The notes: generated from the letters alone by a model not told the origin. A stretch of 44,497 nucleotides of DNA from an uncultured Alloprevotella sp. (GCA_963535845.1 CAUSYJ010000001.1:1-44497); one strand, 5' to 3'. Counted from the first letter of the stretch, positions 1 through 9,951 are shown. Numbers and translations: made by a program.

Positions 1-272
1 GCCCTACTGCGGGGTATTCGTTGCAGCGGCGGCGCTGTGGCGGCCCATGTGCCCCCGTGCTTTGCCCAAAGCCGGGAGCCGCCTTCGCGAACGGCCGCCG
101 GTGCGGCACACGGTCGGTGCGCTGCCGGAGAAAATGGGAGACTTTTCGGAGAAAACGCGGGAGAATCGTCGAAGAGTACCATCTCGCATAATTGGGTTAT
201 AACAAGTATAAGACAGCCCGCGAAGATGCGCTATTTTTCGGCGCGCCCTTTAATTAGATTTGATTTAATGCG

Positions 273-305
273 TTTGCATTCAATCGAAAACCGTGCGTAA
301 CTTTG
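273..305 (+). promoter_or_regulatory. Bacteroidota housekeeping-sigma promoter for integrase
   Basis: TTTG at 273-276 and TAACTTTG at 298-305 with a 21-nt spacer match the TTTG-N19-21-TAnnTTTG consensus; ATG at 326. Confidence 0.7.
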
Positions 306-325
306 CGCACACATTTGAAAGCAGT

Positions 326-1633
326 ATGGCAGTTAATTTCTATCTTGACAAACGAGCAGACAAAAACGGGGACTGCCCCATTCGCGTGAGCATATCAATT
401 CTCGGAGCGCGGTTTGTGTCTTCTACCGGCTACAAGGTAGCTCCCGCAAAATGGGATCAAAACAAACAGCAGGTGAGAAAAGGCTCGACAGCCGGCGCAG
501 GTGTGATCTATTCAACCATCAATGCCGCGCTGTCTAAAATATCCGAACACTTCAACGCGTACGAGCATCAATGCTTGTTGGACCGCATTAAACCGACCGC
601 GGCCGAAATCAAGAAAGAACTCGCAAAGCACTTTGTGAGGAAAAAGACGACGGGGCGGAAGCAAGACCTAATCTTTGATTATTTCGAGATCTACTACGCT
701 GAAGTTGCAAAGCAAAATCAGTGGAGTTTGGGCACGTGCAAATCGTTCCGGCAAATGATGAACTGCGTATCTGAGTTCGACAAAGATCTGACATTCCAAA
801 ATCTCACCGAAAAGCGATTGAACGACTTCGTCGCCTTTCTTCGTGAAAAGCGAAGTAGACGGGACTCCACGGTTAAACAAACTATCGGAATGTTGTTTTG
901 GGTGCTCCGGTGGGCAACAAAGAAGGGGATTAACACGAACCTCGACTTCCAAAACTTCTCGCTCAGGACGAAGGCAATACAAAATTCGATTGTGTTCCTT
1001 GAATGGGAAGAGCTGATGCGAATTTACAACTATGAGTTCCCGCCGAGAGGGACGAAAGTTCAACTACGAGAGCACAACGGGCGGACGTACGAAAAAGAGG
1101 TCGGATTCGTTAAGAGCTTGAAGATCGTGCGTGATTTTTTCTGCTTCTGCTGTTTCACCTCCTTGCGCTTCTCAGATATGCAGAATTTGAAGTGGACAAA
1201 CGTCTCGGAAAACACAATCACGGTTACTACGATAAAGACCTCCTCGACAATCACTATTGAGCTAAACAAATACGCCCTCGAAATACTAAGCCGATACAGA
1301 GGGAAAGATGAAGAGTACGTCTTTCCAAGAACCAGCAACGATGTCGCGAACAAACGACTTCACGAGGTGTGCGAGCTGTGCGAAATAAACACTCCGATAA
1401 CCAAGACCTACTACAAGGGGAACGAACGCATCGAAGATACACGGCCGAAATTCGCCTATGTCGGGACACATACGGGGCGGCGAACGTTTGTCTGTAACGC
1501 TCTGATGATGGGTATCCCCGCGAACATCGTAATGAAATGGACGGGGCACAGCGATTACAGCGCGATGAAGCCGTATATCGACATCGCCAACTCGGCAAAG
1601 GCGGAGGCGATGGCGCTATTCGATAAGAGGTGA
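326..1633 (+). CDS. int: Tyrosine recombinase / phage integrase with N-terminal Bacteroidetes arm-binding domain
   Basis: N-terminal FYLDKRADKNGDCPIRVSIS; catalytic motifs TSLRFSD, HTGRRTF, TGH...YI; start moved to ATG 326 because the promoter overlaps the GTG start. Confidence 0.95.
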   Translation: MAVNFYLDKRADKNGDCPIRVSISILGARFVSSTGYKVAPAKWDQNKQQVRKGSTAGAGVIYSTINAALSKISEHFNAYEHQCLLDRIKPTAAEIKKELAKHFVRKKTTGRKQDLIFDYFEIYYAEVAKQNQWSLGTCKSFRQMMNCVSEFDKDLTFQNLTEKRLNDFVAFLREKRSRRDSTVKQTIGMLFWVLRWATKKGINTNLDFQNFSLRTKAIQNSIVFLEWEELMRIYNYEFPPRGTKVQLREHNGRTYEKEVGFVKSLKIVRDFFCFCCFTSLRFSDMQNLKWTNVSENTITVTTIKTSSTITIELNKYALEILSRYRGKDEEYVFPRTSNDVANKRLHEVCELCEINTPITKTYYKGNERIEDTRPKFAYVGTHTGRRTFVCNALMMGIPANIVMKWTGHSDYSAMKPYIDIANSAKAEAMALFDKR

Positions 1634-1635
1634 TT

Positions 1636-1760
1636 TTGGACGCGTTTTGGACGTATTCGCAACGAGCTTATCTTCAATGATCTGCATTCATAAAACGCTC
1701 AAAAGACCCGCTACGAGGGTCTTTTTTCGGCACATCTTGGACGCGTTTTGGACGTATTCG
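1636..1760. repeat. 24-bp perfect direct repeat (1636-1659, 1737-1760); candidate integrase arm sites of attP
   Basis: TTGGACGCGTTTTGGACGTATTCG occurs twice, each copy holding two TTGGACG units 11 bp apart, directly after the int stop. Confidence 0.65.
1701..1727 (+). terminator. Intrinsic terminator after int, possibly bidirectional
   Basis: AAAAGACCC-gctacga-GGGTCTTTTTT hairpin with T tail. Confidence 0.7.
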
Positions 1761-1784
1761 AGTACCTTTTTCGCGCACTCACGA

Positions 1785-1824
1785 AAAAGGTAAGCCCCGC
1801 TGCTCGTGTATTGAGCAGCGGGGC
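1785..1824 (-). terminator. Intrinsic terminator at the end of the late/lysis operon
   Basis: 12-bp stem GCCCCGCTGCTC/GAGCAGCGGGGC followed on the minus strand by TTACCTTTTT. Confidence 0.75.
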
Positions 1825-1832
1825 GTTTCCGT

Positions 1833-2291
1833 TTATGTTCGCCGTTTCAGTGCGTAGCCGATCAGGCCAAACACGGCAAGGAAGACAATAAGCGACAACG
1901 GCTGCCAGAGGAAACCGCCGTGCGACGTCTTCTTCTCGTTGCGCGTGTCGGCGTGGTGAGAAGCGGCACGAATCGCGTCCGCGCGCGAACGCCAGACCGT
2001 GTCGCGGCGAACGTGCCAATGGTCGCGGGTGCGCTCCTTCACGAGCGTAGCGCCCTCAAAATAGACGCTGTCGTGGAGAAAAACGCTATCGCGCACGGTG
2101 CGCAGTTCGCGGAGCGTGTCGCGGTGCACAACGTGGAGCGTATCGCGGTGAACGGTTACGCGTTCGACGGTGCGCGTCGTCGTGCAGCCCGTGAGCATAC
2201 TCAGCACGACGGCAAAGCACAGCGCGCCGACGGCCGCCAGGACGTACAGCGCCCAGGGGTCGGGAGGTGGTTTTCGGTGATTGCAATTCAT
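1833..2291 (-). CDS. Putative unimolecular spanin (lipoprotein with C-terminal TM helix)
   Basis: Hydrophobic signal ending in lipobox LTGC, VHRDTL-type repeats, C-terminal TM helix plus KRR; last gene of the lysis cassette. Confidence 0.7.
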   Translation of the reverse strand: MNCNHRKPPPDPWALYVLAAVGALCFAVVLSMLTGCTTTRTVERVTVHRDTLHVVHRDTLRELRTVRDSVFLHDSVYFEGATLVKERTRDHWHVRRDTVWRSRADAIRAASHHADTRNEKKTSHGGFLWQPLSLIVFLAVFGLIGYALKRRT

Positions 2292-2337
2292 AGGAAAGGT
2301 GGAATTTGAAGAGGTGAACAATGTAAGCCCCGCGTTC

Positions 2338-2593
2338 AATTCTTTCCAATTTGGAAACGGTTGGAAAGGATTGGCGCGATTTTGAACGCTTTACGCGCCC
2401 TTTTCGCCCGAAATCAGATGATTTCTTTCCAATCTCCCGATTTTTGGAAAGAATCGGGGCGCCACGTTCTCCGGGAAAATAAGAGGATTTCTTTCTGCTT
2501 ATCCGATTTTGTGAAGAATCGGGGCGACCATTTCGAGGACTCCCTCGGAAAGGTCGGCGGACTTCTCCCCACGAAACGGAAAGAATCGGCGCG
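2338..2593. repeat. Degenerate ~66-bp tandem repeats with palindromes
   Basis: GAAAGAATCGG(G)GCG-like motif at about 2364, 2447, 2513 and 2579; TCTTTCCAA...TTGGAAAG inverted repeats at 2338-2372 and 2420-2455. Confidence 0.55.
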
Positions 2594-2620
2594 TGGGAGC
2601 GAACTACCGAGGAAAGCTCG

Positions 2621-3070
2621 TCAGTTGGTCGCGGAACGTGTGATGACAAGTTCGATTTCTTCGCCCGCGGCTTGTGCTTCGCGGAGGAGGACAAGCAGGC
2701 GTCCGAGCTTGAGACGGCTGTTGAGCACTTTGCCGCGTTCGCGGTTTTCGCCTACGAGGATGCAGCCCTCGGTGTCGGCGGCCGTGTTACCGCTATGAAT
2801 CAGCACACCGTCGTAGCCTTTCACGCGGAGAAGACGAGGGAGAACACGGTCGAAGCGCGGGGAGCGCGTCTGCATGTCGATGCGATACGTGCCGGTGGGA
2901 ATGGCGGTCGCGCCTTTCACCTTGAGGGCGGCGATTTCGTCTTCTGACATCTCTTCTGACAAACCGCGGTCGGTGTCTTCGAGCGTGTCGCAAAAGTATT
3001 TTCCGTTGATTTCCATGCGCCCGATGGTGTAACCTGCCTTCAGGGCGTGACGTTGAATAAGGATTTGCAT
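2621..3070 (-). CDS. DUF5675-family protein, probable endolysin
   Basis: YTIGRMEINGKYFCDTLED, TAIPTGTY and LIHSGNTAADTEGCILVG motifs; lies in the lysis cassette. Confidence 0.8.
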   Translation of the reverse strand: MQILIQRHALKAGYTIGRMEINGKYFCDTLEDTDRGLSEEMSEDEIAALKVKGATAIPTGTYRIDMQTRSPRFDRVLPRLLRVKGYDGVLIHSGNTAADTEGCILVGENRERGKVLNSRLKLGRLLVLLREAQAAGEEIELVITRSATN

Positions 3071-3091
3071 TTGTCTGTTGTTTTGGTTGGT

Positions 3092-3439
3092 TTATACTTC
3101 GAGGAATGCGTCCATGTCGCCGCTTTGCACGTCTTTGATGTACTCGCGGAGATACCAGATGGCCTTCTCCGCATCTTCGGCGGCTTTGCGGCGCGCTCCT
3201 TCAAGTGTTCCGTCGTGCTTGTGTCCGCAGCGCCAAACGTATTTCAGCGCGTTGCCCAGGCAAAAGGGCATCTTGCGGGCTACGTCGATACATTCCGCGC
3301 CGCCGTGGTTATAGTGTGCGGGGTGGTCGACGGCCGCGCTTGCGGATTTGGCAACTGCGGGCTCCCGATCTGTTGTTTTTTGTTCTCTCGTGTCCACGTT
3401 TTCGGGCTTTTGGGTGTGTGATACGTCGCTCATGGTCAT
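3092..3439 (-). CDS. DUF3310-family protein (T7 gp1.7-like nucleotide kinase)
   Basis: VDHPAHY..GAECID..FCLGNALKYVWRCGHK..ED.EKAIWYL; ATGA overlap with the holin stop. Confidence 0.85.
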   Translation of the reverse strand: MTMSDVSHTQKPENVDTREQKTTDREPAVAKSASAAVDHPAHYNHGGAECIDVARKMPFCLGNALKYVWRCGHKHDGTLEGARRKAAEDAEKAIWYLREYIKDVQSGDMDAFLEV

Positions 3440-3939
3440 TGTTCTGCGTTTTCGGGTACATGATCTTGTGAATTTACGGGCAAGCCTTGTTTCCCTGCTT
3501 CCTCTAAGAATGCCGTTACAAATTTCTTCGCCGCTTTCTCCAAATCGCCCTCCGCAATCGTCGTTTGTACGATTCGATTTTGTTTGTCGATTTCCTCTTT
3601 CTCCCAAGCCTTTTCGCGTACGCTCTTGAACTCGCAGAGCAAGCAGTAGCCAGCCCACGCCATCGAAAGGTAGGGAGCGGAAAAGACCGCTGTGCCGATA
3701 ATGTCGATTAGGGTAAGGACGAGGAACGGGACAAGATATTTCACGGCCTTTCGGCTTGTCATCTTCAGTCCTCGCGATGTCGTGGGCTGTCCGCGTTCGT
3801 GTGCTTTGCGAATGCCGAAAAAGAGATCGACGCCCATCGCAACGAGAATCGCGGCGGCACAAAGGGTGATGAGGACAATGTGTAAGTAAATATGCTGTTC
3901 AGCATAACGGATTAAAACTTCTTGCATTTCGCATTTCAT
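3436..3939 (-). CDS. Phage holin (Bacteroidetes type)
   Basis: Three TM segments, VDLFFGIRKA..G..TTSRGLKMT..K motif, charged C-terminus. Confidence 0.85.
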   Translation of the reverse strand: MKCEMQEVLIRYAEQHIYLHIVLITLCAAAILVAMGVDLFFGIRKAHERGQPTTSRGLKMTSRKAVKYLVPFLVLTLIDIIGTAVFSAPYLSMAWAGYCLLCEFKSVREKAWEKEEIDKQNRIVQTTIAEGDLEKAAKKFVTAFLEEAGKQGLPVNSQDHVPENAEQ

Positions 3940-3957
3940 ATTTAGTTTCTGTGAGGG

Positions 3958-6900
3958 TTATTCTTCTACGATCCAAAGGTTGATGCCACGCTCGTTCCCG
4001 ATATTGACGTTTCGGAGGAGCGTAAGGCGAACAGTTTTACTTCGATTGACGCTACACTCAGAAAGAATGCGCTCGGAGTAGTTACCGAATCGGTGGTTCG
4101 ACTCTCCAACGGGAGGGAGAATCTTCATCGTGCCGCGCCCTACTTGTGTGAAGACGATTGTTTGGCCTTCGGAAGCCTTCGCTGGTAAACGCACGTCGAC
4201 GTTGCCGAAGTTGTCGTACAGCCCGACGACGCGTGTATCCGACAAGTTGAGCGACACGGCGTTATTGTTTTGTTCGCCTACACGCTTCAAACCTACGACA
4301 AGGCCGAGGGCTTTAAGATTGACGAAATACCCGCCGAACGCTTCGCCGTCGCCGTAATTTTCAGCATACCCTGCGACTCCGACCGCAATTCCGTTGTCGT
4401 TTCGTGTCATTCGTCCCGAAATCGCTTCGCACCTTTCATCACGAGGGGCACGTGGGTCGGGAACGTATTCAATAACCGACGACACCCCCTTCCAGCTTAG
4501 CGTTGTATCGGCATGGTACGTTTTCCCCGATGAAACAAAGCTTGCAGACGTTCCTAAACCGCCCGACGATGCTTTGAGAACGATGTCCGACAATGAACTT
4601 TCAGCCCCTTTCGGCTTGTCTTCAATATAAGCCGAATGTAACCACAGTTCATTATCCCGCGCGTCCAATCTGATGTGCGTCCGCGTGTCGTCTAAGTCCG
4701 AAACCAAGTTGCCGTTGCTCAAAATCCAGCGTCCCACATTCGCGTGCTCGGCGAGCAACAACTGCGTGGCCACGCTCTCGAAACTTGCGCCGAAGTCGTT
4801 CCACTTCGATTTGTCCGTGGGGGCGACACCGCGGAACGTTCCGGCATCGGTTCTCGCGATGTAGTACGCCCCTTCGTAGAACACGGCATCGCGGCGGTGC
4901 TTCGTGCCGTAATACTCTTTTGACGCGTCCCATACGCCACGATATACCATGGCCGGGGCTTCGCCGTCGCGGCCGTTCTTGCCGTCTTCGGGCGTTATGC
5001 GCGTCGGCGTGCTCCAGCGGTCGAGTAACGCTGTTTCGTAGCGGCTTACCATGGCCGAGGTCATCCACAGGTATTGTCCGACTTCGACAACGGGCTGCGC
5101 GATGTTCCATCCGTCGGGCGTTCGTCTATCGGAAGAGATCGCAGGCGGCTGCGTGGGCGATCCGTTCACGGCAAAGCGAAGTTCGCGGTAATCGGCGCGA
5201 AGATCACGCTCGGTGGGACACCACGGGGTGGCAATCGTTCCGACTTCCAACTTCGGATCTACAATGTTCAACGAAGATTCGCCCCAAGCACGGATATAGA
5301 AATACTGTCTCGGGGAGGTGATCGTCTTCACTTTGAATGTAACGGTCACGCGCTCGTATTCCCATGACTTCTTGTTCTCGGGGATGTTGCCCGCACCGCT
5401 CGTATTACCCGTCTGTACGCCGTTCACTTTGGGGGCTTCGGCGAACTCTACTCCCGAGAATATCCACGTCAATGTCCCACGGGCTTGCATCCACGCGGAG
5501 AAGGTATAGGTTTGTCCCACTTTCAAGACGGAGGTAATCTCTTGCACGAGTAGATCTTTGAATTGCCCCTCTGCAAGTTGGCTGTACCCGAACTGGGTAG
5601 GCTTTCCGTTGAACGAGTAAGCACTTTCTGAAACGTTGAACGTCACCCACGGCACGCGGCTTTCAAAGTTCGTGCCATTGAGAAGATTCGGATTCGGCGA
5701 AAGGCCATCTTCCCCTCGCAACTGCGTCCACGTATAGTCGCGGTGGTTTTGGCTTGCGCTCTCGTCGAAATCGGAGTAGATACCGAAGTACGAGAACTCG
5801 ATCTCGCCGGCGCGCCCGAGATCTTCTTCCAAGGTGAAGTCTTTCTCGCCGTCGGCGCTGTTGGCATAGGCCATGTGTATGTAGCTTGTGCTCCCCTCGT
5901 CCCCGGGCTTGCCCTTCTCTCCGCTCAAACGGCCGTAGGTGATTTTGCCGTTCGCCGCGGTGAGCCGATACCAAAGCACCTCGCCGTCGCGGAGGGTCGG
6001 GGGCGCGTCTTGCCACGTTCCCCGAATAGTCGGGGCGGTCGTCCCCGATGCGGTGGCGAGTTGTGTAGACGCGGCGAAATCGTAAACCGGGCTTTTGCCG
6101 TCCGCTCCCGATTCGCCCACCACGCGCAGCGCACCGCCCCACGTTGTGCCGTTGCCCGTACGCATCCACACATCGCCCTCGGCGAAATCGTCGTGCCATG
6201 TTTGCGCGTCGGCGCTGTATTGCGCCCGAATGCTCGTGCCGTTCGTGCCGTCCTTTCCGTAATGTCCAATCAGTCGCACCACGGTTTGGTCTGAACCCCC
6301 ATCGGTGTACTCCGAGCGTTCGTAGCTCCAAAGCCACGGGCGCTCCTTCGTGGGCTGCGGGGCGGTTTCCGTCCATTCGGACGTATCGGGCTGCGGTGCG
6401 TCCCTTTCGGTGGTCAGCATATAGAAAGCGCGCATGCGGCTCACACCGCGGCCGTTGTCGCCTTTCTTGTCCATCTCCGACAAGCACCACGGCGTGGCGA
6501 ACTCGCCCGTCTCCATCTTCGGGTGGCAGATGTCCAGATAGTTCCCCTCGCTTTTGAGCAGTTTGAAAAACGTCCATAGGGTCTTCGGCAAATCATCTTC
6601 CGGTGCGTCGTAGAACACGCTCAACGAATAAGTTGTCCATGTGCCGGTAAGAGGAATAGAGAGCACGAGCTGCTTCCCCCAGACTTGTAAAACCCCGTTT
6701 CGCTTAATACGTGGGAAAAAGTATTGTTGCTTTCCGTGCATTGGATAACAACCGAAAAGTGCATTGCCGCTGCCTCGACATTTGAAAGAGAACGTGTACC
6801 ACGTACCGCGGGGATAAAGATCTCCGAATTTTTCCCACCATACGTGCGTATATCGCTCTTCTCCGTTCCCTTCTACATGGAAATAGTTGTCGCCGTCCAC

Positions 6901-9900
6901 TCCACCGGGCAAAATACTTGCATAGGTTTTCCCATCTAAATACCCCTTAGTGAAGTGTGGGCGCGTTACGTAATCCGTACAGTGCCAAAGATTAGGATTT
7001 GCCGCGGGTGTTGCCATTTTGTCGTTTTCGGATAAGCACCACGGGGTCGCCGTTTCGCCTTCCTCTAACTTCAATGCGGAAAAATACGTTTTAGCGTCGT
7101 GATCCATGCAACGCAACATAATTCTCACCCCGTCGGGTATGGTGTCCGGGGTTGTGAATGTATAGGCATACCGCGTCCACTTCTTAGGATCGAGGTTTGC
7201 ACAAAGCGTGTCGCGGTTTGTAGCATTCGAGAGAAACCAAAATACAAGTTTCCCGGGCGCGCCTTTTGAATAGACCGAAAGCGTGTAGGTCGTATTAGGG
7301 CGCAACAGACTTGCGATATACAAGATGCCTTGCGTCCACGTTTCGTTTTTATGTGCGCCTACGGCTTGTGCCAAAGGGTGCACCTTGTCTTCTTGCGACT
7401 GATTGAAAACAAAGCGCTCGAAGTCTTTCCAATTTCGCACGTCCTCCATATTCCGAAAGCTCGTGCCGTCGATAAGGTTTGCCCCCGTCGGCGGTGCGCT
7501 CTTACCCGCGTCGCCGTCCTTGCCCTTCACCCCCGATGCCGAAATCGTCCACTTCGTTTTGTCCGTCAGCGGCGCACCCGAGGAGGAACGTTCGCCGATG
7601 TAGCGATAGGTCGAAACCACGCCCTCCGCGTCCGTGTTGCGCACCTCGTCGCCGTTGTAGTACGTCGTCGTTGCGTTCCATTCACCGCGATAACAAGCCA
7701 GCGGCGAAGTGACGCCGCCCTCGTTCTGTACCAACGTGCCACGAAGTGACAAACGGCCGTTCTGATAAACCAACGAATCGCCGAGCCGCATTTCACCCGC
7801 CGCGAGGTCAAAGAACGAACGGCCGTCGGAGGTTGCCACACGATCCGTGGTGATACGCCCCGGGAGTACCTCTGAAAATCCGTACAAAGGCGCGAAACTG
7901 CGGTCGCCGTCATACTCGCTGTTGAGCACCCCGACCAGAAGGTGATAATTTGCCGCGTCGCTCTCAAAACCGACGGGCGTTTCCTTCAGCACAAACTCCG
8001 CGCGGTTGCCGTTTCGAGGGGCACGGACATAGAGATAGTACTTCTTCGCCGCGTCGTCAAGTCGTCCGCTCGTGAATGCCGCCACGTCCCAAAAGCGATA
8101 TTCCGAGGGGCTGTGCTTGGCGCTCACGGTGCGAATGCCGAGGGTGAGGTGCTGCAAGATGCCGCTCGCCGCGTTCACCGTCTTTGTCTTCGCGTTGTAG
8201 GTCACGACGTGAGGAACGGCCGTCGGGTTCGTGCGGCTGCCCACAAATCGGAATTGCAGACTTTCGTCGCCGATAAGGAGTGACATCGTTTGCACGGCCG
8301 CGGGGCTTATGGCATTAGTGAACCGATCGGAGAGCGCCGCCCCGATCATTTCGGCCGTCTCCTGCGCGTCGCGGAATCGGCGCTTGCTGTATTGCAACGC
8401 TTCGCGGTGTTTCTCCTCGACCGCCACGGCCGCGCTCTCCAGCGCCTTCAACGTCGTGCCGAACGAAGACGACACGGGCGCATTCGAGAGTTCGATTTCG
8501 GGCGAGTGCGGCGTGTTGATGTAGTCCTTGATGCCGACAATGCGCACGGCCACGCCCTCGGATTGAAACTGCTTGTCGGAGAAGAGAATGAACGCCCCGA
8601 TCTTCAAGCGTTCGCCGACGCTCTCCCAGTTGCGCTTCGCCCAAATGCCGTCGAGTGTGCCGGTGAATGCGAACTTTGCCATCTCGTGGGTGTAGAGATG
8701 TTGCACGGCTTTGCGCAGCAAGTCCCACTCCGCGCCCGAACGCGTGGCGGTGTCGTTGATGTAGGCCTGCGGGAGCATACAATGAAAGACGGCATACTTG
8801 TCGCCCACGCGGGGAACGAACACGCCACCGGGCATTGTCATGCCGTCGATCTCCTGCGGCACGATTTCAAAGCGCCGCGCCTTCTTTCCCGATGCCGCGT
8901 GGGCGTATTTAACTTCAAACTCGCGCCCCGAAAGCATGCCACTTTGAAAGATCACGGTCATCTTTTCGCCCGCGATCAAGCATTGTTCGAAGTCGAGCGT
9001 CTCGGGGATCGTCGGGTCAGTGAAGTCGTAGAAGTGGTTTTTCTCGTTCGCCGTGATCACCTCGCCCACGGTGCCGACACGACTCGGGTAAATGTCGGTC
9101 AAATCGACGCTATCTTCGGCCATCGACGAAAGGGGACGGTCTGCGCGTTGCACGGAGAAGCCCTTTTCGTCCGTGCGATAGCGGCGGGCGTGGGCGGCAT
9201 CGTAGCCCGCTTCGCCTTCGAAGTGTGCGCCGTCGTAGGCTATGGCGGCATTGACGGGCAAATGCAGCGTACTCGCGCCGTACTTCGAGCGGTCGATATT
9301 GCGTTCGCCCCCTTGCACGTAGAGAATCTCGGTCGGTACGCTGTCTTCGCTGTTCGTTCGCGCCACCCCGGATACAAAGCCGTTGCCCTTGCCGTAGGAA
9401 AGCGGCAGGGCGTTCGCGCGGTCGTGTTCCACGGCGCCGAGCGAGATGCGTTTTCCCACGATCTCATATTCCGTGCCGAACTCCTTGGCGATCATCGCGA
9501 GGGCATCGCGGCAAAAGGCGTGATCGTAGTTGACCACGCGCTCGGGGCTGTCGATACACGTGCCGAGTGTCCAGCCCGAATCGCGGCGATTGAGGTTGTC
9601 GACGAGCATTTGCAGGTGTTCGTGGGGCTTGGCCGTGAGTGAGAAGCGCAAACGCCCGTCGACGGTGTTGCGAAACTTCCAGATCGACATTTTTCCCTGC
9701 TCGGCCACGAGTTCGAGGGTGTAGTCGAAATGCCGCGTGTGCTGCATCTTGAGCGACTCGGGGTGCATCAGCGTGTAGCGCTCGCCGTCGTGCTCACAAT
9801 AGGCGCCGACGGGAATTTCGACGTGCTGAGGGAGGGAGAAATAGAGGGTGAGCGAGTTGTCGCCCATCATTGCGCGGTGTCGATAGGAGTTGTCGTCGGG

Positions 9901-9945
9901 CATCACGTCGAGGAGCGTTTCGCCCGCGGGGGAATAGATGATCAT
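3958..9945 (-). CDS. Large tail hub / receptor-binding fibre protein (1995 aa)
   Basis: Downstream of the tape measure and Dit-like genes; collagen-like GxDG linkers; three repeated NL..GT.F...K[LM]E.G..ATPWC modules. Confidence 0.85.
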   Translation of the reverse strand: MIIYSPAGETLLDVMPDDNSYRHRAMMGDNSLTLYFSLPQHVEIPVGAYCEHDGERYTLMHPESLKMQHTRHFDYTLELVAEQGKMSIWKFRNTVDGRLRFSLTAKPHEHLQMLVDNLNRRDSGWTLGTCIDSPERVVNYDHAFCRDALAMIAKEFGTEYEIVGKRISLGAVEHDRANALPLSYGKGNGFVSGVARTNSEDSVPTEILYVQGGERNIDRSKYGASTLHLPVNAAIAYDGAHFEGEAGYDAAHARRYRTDEKGFSVQRADRPLSSMAEDSVDLTDIYPSRVGTVGEVITANEKNHFYDFTDPTIPETLDFEQCLIAGEKMTVIFQSGMLSGREFEVKYAHAASGKKARRFEIVPQEIDGMTMPGGVFVPRVGDKYAVFHCMLPQAYINDTATRSGAEWDLLRKAVQHLYTHEMAKFAFTGTLDGIWAKRNWESVGERLKIGAFILFSDKQFQSEGVAVRIVGIKDYINTPHSPEIELSNAPVSSSFGTTLKALESAAVAVEEKHREALQYSKRRFRDAQETAEMIGAALSDRFTNAISPAAVQTMSLLIGDESLQFRFVGSRTNPTAVPHVVTYNAKTKTVNAASGILQHLTLGIRTVSAKHSPSEYRFWDVAAFTSGRLDDAAKKYYLYVRAPRNGNRAEFVLKETPVGFESDAANYHLLVGVLNSEYDGDRSFAPLYGFSEVLPGRITTDRVATSDGRSFFDLAAGEMRLGDSLVYQNGRLSLRGTLVQNEGGVTSPLACYRGEWNATTTYYNGDEVRNTDAEGVVSTYRYIGERSSSGAPLTDKTKWTISASGVKGKDGDAGKSAPPTGANLIDGTSFRNMEDVRNWKDFERFVFNQSQEDKVHPLAQAVGAHKNETWTQGILYIASLLRPNTTYTLSVYSKGAPGKLVFWFLSNATNRDTLCANLDPKKWTRYAYTFTTPDTIPDGVRIMLRCMDHDAKTYFSALKLEEGETATPWCLSENDKMATPAANPNLWHCTDYVTRPHFTKGYLDGKTYASILPGGVDGDNYFHVEGNGEERYTHVWWEKFGDLYPRGTWYTFSFKCRGSGNALFGCYPMHGKQQYFFPRIKRNGVLQVWGKQLVLSIPLTGTWTTYSLSVFYDAPEDDLPKTLWTFFKLLKSEGNYLDICHPKMETGEFATPWCLSEMDKKGDNGRGVSRMRAFYMLTTERDAPQPDTSEWTETAPQPTKERPWLWSYERSEYTDGGSDQTVVRLIGHYGKDGTNGTSIRAQYSADAQTWHDDFAEGDVWMRTGNGTTWGGALRVVGESGADGKSPVYDFAASTQLATASGTTAPTIRGTWQDAPPTLRDGEVLWYRLTAANGKITYGRLSGEKGKPGDEGSTSYIHMAYANSADGEKDFTLEEDLGRAGEIEFSYFGIYSDFDESASQNHRDYTWTQLRGEDGLSPNPNLLNGTNFESRVPWVTFNVSESAYSFNGKPTQFGYSQLAEGQFKDLLVQEITSVLKVGQTYTFSAWMQARGTLTWIFSGVEFAEAPKVNGVQTGNTSGAGNIPENKKSWEYERVTVTFKVKTITSPRQYFYIRAWGESSLNIVDPKLEVGTIATPWCPTERDLRADYRELRFAVNGSPTQPPAISSDRRTPDGWNIAQPVVEVGQYLWMTSAMVSRYETALLDRWSTPTRITPEDGKNGRDGEAPAMVYRGVWDASKEYYGTKHRRDAVFYEGAYYIARTDAGTFRGVAPTDKSKWNDFGASFESVATQLLLAEHANVGRWILSNGNLVSDLDDTRTHIRLDARDNELWLHSAYIEDKPKGAESSLSDIVLKASSGGLGTSASFVSSGKTYHADTTLSWKGVSSVIEYVPDPRAPRDERCEAISGRMTRNDNGIAVGVAGYAENYGDGEAFGGYFVNLKALGLVVGLKRVGEQNNNAVSLNLSDTRVVGLYDNFGNVDVRLPAKASEGQTIVFTQVGRGTMKILPPVGESNHRFGNYSERILSECSVNRSKTVRLTLLRNVNIGNERGINLWIVEE

Positions 9946-9951
9946 AATTCG

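Noticed and set aside
1..292. attL/attR at the window ends
   Set aside because: No direct repeat shared by the ends was found (the similarity is inverted) and no host genes flank; an internal attP fits better, though this is not fully excluded
2338..2593. CRISPR array
   Set aside because: The ~66-bp period is suggestive, but repeats are short and degenerate and no cas genes are present
3958..9945. Diversity-generating retroelement or invertible tail-fibre system
   Set aside because: No reverse transcriptase, no adenine-specific TR/VR pair noticed, and no invertase or inverted cassettes
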